Source of the DNA: Piromyces finnis finn
Taxonomy: Eukaryota; Fungi; Neocallimastigomycota
Reading direction: 5' to 3'
Length of the DNA stretch: 64,000 nucleotides
Assembly: GCA_002104945.1 (NCBI GenBank)
Contig: MCFH01000003.1
Span: 434,001 to 498,000, forward strand
Shown: piece after piece, positions 51,501 through 62,500 of the stretch
How positions within the stretch are numbered: the stretch's first letter is position 1
Layout: every line of letters starts with the position of its first letter
The notes under the pieces: model-generated
Told to the model about the DNA's origin: nothing
Database searches by the model: none
Seen by the model: only the letters and a program-made list of their open reading frames with translations
Translations under genes and position numbers: made by a program

Positions 51501-53912
51501 TGCTTCCTAAATTCATTACATCTTTTGTGGATGTAATCAATGAGCTTACGGTAGATTTTAATTCTTTTAATAAATTCATCTATATCATAAATTCTTTCTT
51601 TTTTAAATCTCTTATACAACTTCATTTTGATTTTTTGAAGATTAAAAATTTATTGTGAAATATGAAATGAAGACTTTATAACATTATTAGCTGAGGTAAT
51701 ACTGAGCTCGTCTGCAATTGAAAAAGCAGTTGAAGTAAACTCTTTGGAAAGTTCATCTGTAGAAACATTAGGATCGTTGAATTTTGCTGAAAGAATTTGG
51801 AATTTATTATGACTGAGAATAGATTCTTTTTCCTCAATACATTTTAATCTATTCCATTTCAGAATTTTCTTAGGAACATTAAAGTCATTAGAAAAATCTT
51901 CCATAGGAATAATTTTACCATTAATAAGAAGTGGCTTATGGTCTGATACAGGATAAAAATTATTTATAAATGATCCTGAGTGAATAAGATCTTTCATCTT
52001 CGAATTGATAAGAGCATGGTCAATGTCGGAAGATTGATCACCTCGAGTCCAAGAGATAGTAGACCCTCTAAGCGGAAGAATTTCCCAATCTCCTAATCCA
52101 TTAGTTGATAACCAGTTGGATAATTTTACTTTAGACATATTAAAATCACCAACAAGAATCGATGGATGGGATGAATGAGTTTGTAACCACAAGCGAACTT
52201 CTAACTTTGCATGATCAACATAGATGTTGTGATGACTATGAGACATATAAACATTTCCAATCGAGCATTTGAATCTATTCCAGAGACTAAAAGTATAAAT
52301 AGAAATAATATACTTTCCAGAGAAGTTTTCAAGTGAGGCTTGACACGAATTGTGAAAACCTAAATATAAACCTCTCATTCCAGGAACTGATTCGTCAGCT
52401 TTCTTGAAAAAGTGTCTATAGTTTCGCAAAGTAACACGACAAGGATAATCTGTATTCGATCCAGAACCATTACCAGTTTCTTGGAAACATAAAAATAATG
52501 GTTTGAAAATAGCTGTGAAATAGCTAATACTATCTCTCTTTTCATGATTCCACCCATTGGTGTTCCAACTAAGACAAAAAGAAAAGTTATCAGGCTTGTT
52601 GGATGAGGAAGAATCGTTGCTATTATTATTATTATCAAGGTCATCATTATTAATGGATGATGCATCAGAGGAATAAGTAGAACTATTACTAGATGGCTGT
52701 GAAACTGAAGAACTATCAACTATTGAACTGTTATCAGAGTTGATAGAGCTATTAGAATTAATTGTTGAATGTTGAGATTGAAATTGTGTTTGCTGTAGAT
52801 CTGGAATATTTTCATGATGGGAAACTTGTTGAAGATCCTGTTGAAGATCTTGTTGAAGATCGGATTGTTGATGAGATTGTTGAACTGATTGTTGAAGTGA
52901 TTGTTGAATTGAAAGTTGATGTTTATTAGAAACTAAAATTTTACGTTTGAGTGTGGAAAAAGTGTATTTGTGATTCCTTCTACTACGAGCTGAAAAGGAA
53001 ATTGAGGTAACTGAAAGTTTCTTCTTTAACATGTGTAAGATTTTAATACAATCTTTTGATGAACCATGAACCTTGACTAAGAAAAAGTGATCATTGAAAG
53101 TCTGAAAATATTTAACACTAATAACTGAATTAAATTTATCTTCTAGAATAACCTCGAGTTTTTCCCATAGCATATTTACTGACCATGATCGAATACCACG
53201 GATAAAGAAGGAGCGAATATCATCTAAGGGGATACCATAAGACCGGGTACCACGTCTGATATAATTCTTATCTTTAATATAAAGGACTGACATGATAATA
53301 AATTCTAATTAAAAAATATTGAATATAAAATAAATACTAATAAAAATTATAAATATAACGTATATGGAAAAAAATCTGTCTCTCTCTCTCTTCTTAAAAG
53401 TACTGGATAGTACAAAAATTGTTACGATGCTTTGTTTAAAGTTTCTTTTTTTTTTTTTTTTTTGAATTCTAGTTGTTAACTTTTTTTAAAAATTCTAGTT
53501 TTGGTTTGTTGTTAGTAAATTCGAATCGCTTTTTGACACTAAACTTGTTTGACTTTACTTATCATTAAATATTTAAATTTGTAAAAATTTGAATCAAGAA
53601 TGTCGACACCAGAAAGCTTGTGAATAGTATTTTTACATGATGTAGAGTGAATCAGTCTCTTACAAGAAACAATACAACAATAGCTACATAAATATAAAAA
53701 TACAATGCAAATGCTAAAGTTGACTACATTGGATTCTTACAAGAGAAGAGTAGTACTACAAGAATACATGAATAAAAGAAAAAATACAGCAACAAAATGT
53801 ATTACTCTTCTAATTAAATACTATACAAACTTACCTGAGTATCAAACATTCAACTTATTCATCAAATACTTAAATTCGATGGATAAATGTTTTTTAATCG
53901 CTCAGTACCATG

Positions 53913-53952
<40 letters not shown>

Positions 53953-55371
53953 GGCATCAAATATTTTAACCTTTATTATTAATTTAATTAAAATTATAAT
54001 ACATGTAATATAAAAAATAAAAATAAAAATAAAAATAAAAAAAAAAATGTTTAAATAAACACAAATGAATAAAAATTGGGTATAATGTATTCTAGTAATT
54101 TTAATTAAAGTAAGAAAGCCACTATCATACTAAAGTATAATAATTGTATTTGACTTCCAATGGGACACCGAGCCAAAGATCAAAATTTTGTCATGGAACA
54201 AAATTATGATCTCCATTGGTTGCGCTGGCCCTCCTGGCCTGTCTTACTGTTTCTTCAGCATTGACGCTCTTGGATGTTGCTTCAAACCTTTTGAACATTG
54301 ACCATTGCTGGCCAATAGCAAAAGGCATGATTTTGGTTAGAAGTTCCGCGGTTACCGTCAAGAATGGTGTTCCTTCGTTAGTATCAGATTGAATCTGACG
54401 CTTACAAAGTTCTTTCCATTCCCTTGAATTGTAATTAATATTGTTAAAACTTCTTCCCCCAAGAAGGAATTTAAATATTTTACTGCACACACTAGAATAA
54501 TCATACACATTAATATTCACCGGATTATTAGAACTATTACTATCATTAACTAAATTACTATCTAAATTAGAATTATTATCTTCACTATTGCTATCATTAC
54601 TAATATTATTATTTCTATTATTGTTATTATTACTATTGTTACTATTACTATTGTTACTATTACTATTGTTATTACTACTATTGTTACTATTACTATTAAT
54701 GTTATTACTATCTCTACTGATATTATCAATTTCATTATTATTGATAGGACTATTGGAATTACGTTGACTGAAAAAATTTAATAGCTGGACTATAGAATCA
54801 TAATGTTTAATACGGATATCTCTAAATGTTGGACAATCTAATAACCAATGTTTAATACTTTGATCTCCACACTTGCAACATGGACAGTAGTTAGGACAAA
54901 CTGGATCAACAAATTTGGCAGCTTTGGCAACTCTAGCATCCAACTTGTATCCGCTTCTTGCTTTCAATAGCCAGTAGAAGCCATAGGCAAACTCTGGGTA
55001 CTCATAACATAATTTAATAAAATCTTTAGTTTCACTAAATTTATTATCATCATAATATTGCGCTTTGATTGAATTCCCTTTGAGATCTTTCCAATAAAAG
55101 TTTTTAATTGCTTTAACATCTCCATACTTCTTTAGTTTTTTTTCAAGTGTCCTACTTGATTTGCACCACGTGTATTTTCTCGGATTCCTAAACAATCTAA
55201 TTTATGAGTACCATGAGCTTAGTCCTAATAATTTTCCCTTAAAGACTAACCAAGCATCCATTGCGCAATACTTGGATTTAATTCTTCCTACTCTCTCAGT
55301 ACCATGAGCATGAGTAGACCCCCTTGAGAAACTACATTTATTAAATAAATGAAGGCACGTTCCCAAGAGGG
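48469..55371 (-). mobile_element. Copy E7, full length with one nonsense mutation and a single 5' repeat unit; 5'UTR interrupted by E8
   Basis: Poly(T) 48469-48502. ORF 48743-53293 is split by CAA>TAA at 51650-51652. 5'UTR runs to 53915 and resumes at 55207-55371. Confidence 0.95.
53916..55206 (-). mobile_element. Copy E8, 5'-truncated, nested in the E7 5'UTR, lacking 853 nt bounded by GT-AG splice sites
   Basis: Poly(T) 53916-53949. TSD agtaccatgagctt at 53904-53917 and 55207-55220. The junction at about 55178-55179 joins positions equivalent to E1 3025 and 2171. Confidence 0.93.
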
Positions 55372-56571
55372 ATATTTTATTGTTAACATAAATAAAAAGT
55401 TTTCTTTAAATGATATAAAATACATCAATTGCATTTGCATTTTTTTTAAAGAAATCAAAATTTTGAAGGGTTAAACCTTTTATGTTTATAAATCTTTAGC
55501 TACACCTCATGCTTTATGAGAGAAATGAAAAAATCTTTTTTTTTTTTTTAAAAATTTTATTTATATAATATTTTTATTTTTTTCTTTTTTATATATATTA
55601 AGTTAAAAGATCTATCTATATATATAATTATATCTTATTATTATTATTATTTTTTTAAAAGATGAATAAATTATTTATGATGATAATAAGGTATAAAAAA
55701 AAATAAAGAAAAAAAAGACTAATTATTAAAAACTAGAAAAATCTATCTATATAAAAAGGTAATATTATTTAATCATTGAATTAAATAGTTTTATAATTAT
55801 TACAATAAAAAATTAAAATGATCTATTAATTTTTTTTTTTTTGTGTTGATAAAGGAATATTTTAGTGGGTATAGGTGATGGTGGGTGGTGTAAATAAATC
55901 ACTATTTATATTTATTAATTTATCTTTTAAATTGCCCCTAGAAAAATAAATAAATATAAATATATATATTTATATACTATTTTAATGGTAATTATGGGTT
56001 ATAATAATGTTTTTTTCTTGTGGGATGATAATAATATTATTGGCTTATATATACATAAAAGATTGGTATATTTAAATTTATAGATATTGATTCTTTTAAT
56101 ATATAGTTGGAAAATAAAAAAAGACAGTATTTTTAAAGTATTAGAGTATGCATTAGTAATCTTTCGCTTTTCTTTTTCTTTTATATCCTTATTTTCCATA
56201 AAATATTATTTTTTCTCTCTCTTTTTTTAATATGTATTCGTCAAGAATATATATTTTGTTTATATTGTAGTATAGTGATGATTATTATTTTTTCCTTTTT
56301 TTTTTTTTTTTTGTTGACTTTTTTAAAGTGTATTATAAATTGTTGTGATTGAATTTTATAGTTTTGTATTACTTTTTTTGATATTACAAAAGAAATTTTT
56401 TTTTAATAATAGTGTTGTTAAAAATTTTATATTTTACTAAAGGATAGCTTTTTTTTTTTTTCTTCTCTATATTAAATCTATTTTTTTTCTATTTTTTTTT
56501 CTATTTTTTTTTCTATTTTTTTTTATGGGAATTGTAAAAGATATATTGTTAAAAAAAAAAAAAAATCAAAC

Positions 56572-59500
56572 TTAATCAAGGTTTTCCATAATATTCTTCA
56601 AATATTTGGAAGAATCCTTAATCATAAACCAGTGATTACCTCTCATCTTAATATGTTGGGTAAATTCACTGAATTCATCACTAACTTCCTTTTTCCATAA
56701 GGAAGTATTATTATCATCAATAATCTTGTCTTGTTTACCAGAGAACATTAATAATTTGGAACGAATCTTCATATCATTTTCATTAGTAATAGAATCGATC
56801 ATAGCATATTCATTCTTGATTACTGGTAAAAGGTATTCATTATCACCAGTAAATTCAACTTGACATTCAGTCTTTTCAAGGTAAGAAGCAATTTGTTCTG
56901 GTGAATATTTAGCCATAACTTCACCGTTAAATTCAATTGGTCGTTTAACCGATGGAGCTAAGGCTCTGGAAATAATCAAGGTGGAAATAATTGGAACATC
57001 CTTATCTTCATCTTCATAGATTTGAATTTGAAGAAGTGTCTTCCAAGCTAATAAGGCACCAAATCCATTACCAATAAAGTGAATGGCATTGCAATCCTTG
57101 AATTTTTCAGATTCATCAGATTTAATAATAGCTTTAGTAACATTCTTAACTAATAAATCCCAATCAGTAACAAGTGGCTCATCCTTTCTAACACCGTAAC
57201 CTGGAAGATTAACAGTGAAGAGTAAGGAATCTTCCATATCTTCAACATATTCAGCATAGTCAATTTCACCTTCATCAGCAGATGGGAAGAAAATAAAGAC
57301 ATTTAATGGATCTTCAATACCTTCACAACCTTCAACTGGAACAATCCATTGATTAACTTCATCATCAGAAATAAGCTTGGCAGCTTCTTCCTTTGCTTTT
57401 TGTTCTTCAATCTTCTTTGCATTCTTTTCTTCTTCAGAAATAACTGGAGTCTTAGCATCGGCTTCTTCTTTCTTTTCATTAACCATTTTACTCTTAACAT
57501 ATTCTACAAGACGGTAAAGGCAAATGTTTTGAGTGGAGAAAACAACTAATGGAATGTTGATACCAGTGGCAGTTCTCATAATAGTACGTAATTCCATCAT
57601 CATGATAGAGTCAATACCTAATTCAGTTAAAGATTGGTATGGATCAATTTCATCATTTTCACCGTATTGGAGAACATTCTTTAATTCATGTTCCATAATT
57701 TCATAGATATTATCTTCTGAAATTTCCTTCTTTGAATTGGATTCAGTAACTTTTTGGGTAGTGGTAGTATCTTCTCTAATGTAGTTTTGATCGTTGGCAG
57801 TCTTGAAATCAAGCTTTGGACGGTTGGCTGGACGAACTGAACGGTAGATTGGATCGCAAATGTTATGATCAAAAACATTTTCCCATTGGACGATTGGAGT
57901 ACCGAAAACAACTGGAGCAATATCACCTGGGTGACTAATTAAGTTGGAAACTAAATTAATACTGTTGTATTCGTTAAATTGGAAGGTATTATCTAAAATC
58001 TTTGAGGTAAGACCGGATGGCCATACAGCTAATTGTAAAGTGATAATATCCTTTCTTCCGTGACTACGGTAGTAGTGAGCAATTTTATTAACAAACATAT
58101 TGGCAACACAATAGTTAATTTGACCACGATTACCAAAGAAGGAAGTCATAGAAGAAAAGAGAAGAATAAATTCCAAGTTCATACCTTCAGTAATCTTAGC
58201 GATACAGTGAGAACCTTCAATCTTACTGTTAATTAATTTGGCGAAACGTTCATAGGATTGGTTGAAAATTAAACCATCATCATTAACACCAGCAGTGTGA
58301 ATAATACCAGTTAATTTACTACCACTAGCCTTAATACCACTAATAACCTCTTTCATTTCAGTTTGAGAACCAACATTAACAGTAATATAGGTAACCTTAA
58401 TAGCCTTATTAACTTCACGAATGGAGGATAATTTAGCAGCAACCTTTTCATCAGTTTCTGGTCTACGACCAGTAAGAACAAGACCCTTAAGGTTTGGTTG
58501 TTTCATAAGGAAACGAGAGATATCGTAACCAACACCACCAAGACCACCAGTAATTAAAATAGTACCAGTGTAGTTGTGTTCACTTTCACCAGCAAAGTTA
58601 ACAGCTGGTGATTTGAAATTCTTAATTCTTCCTTCATAACGCTTACCGTTCTTATCATAAATAACTTCGAATGAAACGTTGTAACGATCAACACTTGACA
58701 TAACTTCTGTGTATATACGTGAAGAAATGTCTTCCTTGGAAGCATTGCGATCATTATCTAAATCAAAGACACGAATATCCATATATTCTTTCCAGAAACT
58801 CTTTGAGATACCACTAACAATACCTTGTAAGAGATCAATTTCACCCTTCCAATAATCAGTAGCATTCTTAGTAACATAACAGAAAGATTTCTTACAATCG
58901 TAAACATCAATAATTTGAGTGAAATTTTGAATGAAGACTAAGTTATTTTCGTAGGTAGATCTTAAAATATCATTAAAAGCAGTGCTGCTTGGATCAATAG
59001 ATGAAGCTTCTTGAACTTCTAATCCCATAGCCATAAAGTTGACAACAGCAATAGTTTCTTCTTCCATACCAGATTCCTTAATACCTAATTCCTTAAGATT
59101 TTGTTGAATGAGTTCCTTTGAACATTCATCCTTAGTTGGCATATTGATTTTGACGTGGCGGAAATCGGAAACCTTACTCTTCATGTATTTTACAAATGTA
59201 TCAGCATAACCCTTGTTATCAGCAAGAATGTAAAAGAATGGTGTCTTGGTAATTTCTTTTGGTGGGGTTGGAATTTCCTTAAAGTCAATAGTGTAGAGTT
59301 CAAATTCTGGATCAGTTTCTTTAGTCTTCATCTTAACTCTACGAGTTTGGAAAGCACCGCAATATTGACAAATATTACCATCTAAATCGTAAACAGAAAA
59401 GGATGTGAAAGCTGCATTTGGTTCAGTTCCTTCCATGTGCTTGTGAATAACGTAACAGTCATCTGGAATTGGTTTGTACTTGATAAGATTTTCAAATGAA

Positions 59501-62500
59501 GATGGAAGGAATGGATCACCCATATTTTCTTTTTTAATAGCTACAAGGGTATCCTTACCAGCATCACTATGAAGAGCAGCATCAAAGAGGTAGACTTGAG
59601 AAAGTCCAGAGTTGATGTTATTAATAGTTCTATCCTTAGAGTCAAGTCTTGAAACTAAAACAGTAGAACCTTCGTCATTAGTACCAACAGCAAATTCCTT
59701 AACAGATGGGAAACCACCACCGTAAAGACTACTTTCACGAATACTATCGTAAAGAATATCAGATGAATGAGTGTTTTCTTTAGTCATAATCTTTTCAATT
59801 AAGGCCTTAACTTCATCTGGCTTTGGAAGAGTGTCAAAAAGATCAGCATTTTCACCTTCCTTTAAGAGAAGTGCAGAAGCATTTAACATATGATTTTCAA
59901 TACCACCGTCAACTTTAGCATAAACGGCAATACGATCACCCTTCTTCTTCATAAGGAAATCAACATTAGAATCAGCCTTAATATTTAATGGACTACGAAT
60001 TAACATTTCATCACAGATTTCAATAATATCATCTTCATAGTTATTGATAGCCTTCATAGCAGTGTAAATGAATTCAGTGTAGGCAGCAGCTGGAATACAA
60101 CCATAACCTGTGATAACATGGTTCTTGAATAAGTATTCAACGTATTGTGGTGTTAATGGAGCAGCGACAATAAGTTCGCTTTCGTTGTTACTGATAATAG
60201 TAACAGATTTGTAAAGATCCCAGTTGGCCTTGTTAGAACCACCATCAATTGGTTGAGCACATTGTTCAGCAGTTTCTAACCAGTAACGAGATCTTTGGAA
60301 TGGATAAAGTGGAAGATCATAGAGACTATGTGGAATAACCTTACCAGAAGTTGGGTCAATACGTTGATGGAAGACATTCCAATCAATGTTACCACCAATC
60401 ATATAGAATTTACAAAGTGCATTAAATAAGTATTGTTCACTGTTTTGATCAGCAACACTACTAGCAATGAAGGTTGGACCAGTACCACGAAGTGATTCGG
60501 TTTCACGAACGAAACGAGAGCTCATGTTAGTTAAGGTAGCGGCTGGACCAACTTCAATAACAGCTAATAACTTCTTTTCGGATTCAATCATGGATTTAAC
60601 ACCATCAACGAAACGAACAGCATTTCTAGCATGCTTACCCCAATAGTCTTCTTCAAGACGAGAGCCAACTGGTTTAATGTTACCATCGACATTAGAAATA
60701 AATTTAACCTTCAAGTCTTGTCTGAATTTGGAGTCATCCTTTCTTTCAATCCATTTATTTAATTCGCTAACAGCTGGATCCATTAATGGTGAATGGAAAG
60801 CATCAGTAACATTTAATTTTTTGGTCTTAATGTTCATTTGACTAAAGTATTCGGTGATATCGTCAACTTCATCTTCATAACCAGAGATAACAGTGTGAGT
60901 AACACCATTAATAGCAGCAACAGAAACTTCTTCATCATATCCAAATTCTTCAATTGCTTCCTTAATGACATCTTCCTTTTCAAATACACTAACCATAGTA
61001 CCTGGTTTTTCACCATATTCACCCATGCATCTAGCTCTTTCAATAATGAAATCAATAGCTAAATCAATATCCATAGCACCAGTAGAAGCAGCAGCAACAA
61101 TTTCCCCTAAACTGTGACCATTGACAATAGTTGGGTTAATACCCCATGATTTCCAAAGCATACACATAGCATATTCGTAAGCAAATAAAGCTGGCTGAGC
61201 AATTTGTGCCTTGTTTAAGTGATGACTTTGACTTGGATTGTAAAGAGCGTCAATAAGAGAAATACCGGTAGCCTTTTTAACAACAACATCACACTTGTTA
61301 AGAGCATCACGGAAAACTGGTTGAGTTCTGTATAATTCTAAACCAACACCTGATTTAATACTACCTTGACCGGTGAAAGACATACCAACTTCAGTTTTAT
61401 CTGAACGAGCATTCTTTTTATTTTGATTAACATATTCGTTTAATTCAGCAGCTAATTCAGCAGCATTTCTTCCAATAACAGCATATCTGTACTTCATATG
61501 TTGACGACAGACATTAGAAGTATAACAAATATCAGCAATTGGAGCATTACTATCAAGGGATTCTAAAAGCTCAATGTATTGCTTAGCAACAGCAATTAAA
61601 GCAGCATTGCTCTTACCACTGATTGTAAGAACATGGTAGGTATCATTAATTGGGTAAACTTCTTTGGTTTCTGGTTCAATGTATTCTTCCACAATAACAT
61701 CGCTGACACTACCAGAAAGACCGTATGAAGAAATTAAAGCAGTACGTTTCTTTCCTTCAGCTGGTTTCCATTCTTCCTTTTGAGTTGGAATGTGTAATGG
61801 AACAGAATCGAAATCAATTAAAGGACTTGGATTTTTGAAATGAAGATGAGGGGCAACAGTCTTGTTTTTCATAGCTAATAATACTTTAACAAGAGAAGCT
61901 AAACCACTAACTTCTTCAGTATGACCAATGTTAGTTTTAACACTAGCTAAAACTAATGGACGTTCCTTAGAGTGACTACCCTTAAAGACATTGTTGATAG
62001 CTTCTGCTTCAATACGATCACCTAATTTTGTACCTGTACCGTGACCTTCCATATAGTCAATGTCACTTGGATTAACACCAGCCTTTTTTAAAACTTGTTT
62101 ATGAATATTGGTTTGACCAATAACAGTTGGAGAACTCATAGAAGCTCTAGAACCACTTTGACCAACAGCAGCAGCATTAATTAAACCATAAATTTTGTTG
62201 TGATCACGAATAGCATCATCTTTTCTCTTTAAAATGATAGTGACACAACCTTCACCAGGAACATAACCATCAGCAGCTTCATCATAAGCAGCACATCTAC
62301 AGTTTCTTGAGACCATCTTTGCGACAGATAAAAGACTGAAACCGGAGCTCATGAATGGACAGTGAGCGGCATTAACAATAGCAAGATCAGTTTCACCAAG
62401 GTTTAAGTCCTTGACGGCATCATGAGTAGCAACTAAACCGGAAGAACAAGCAGTATCAACGGTGTGGGCAGCACCAAGTAAATTATACATGAAACTGATT

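Noticed and set aside
57303-61062. Small ORFs inside the PKS on both strands
   Set aside because: Alternative-frame or antisense shadows of the PKS.
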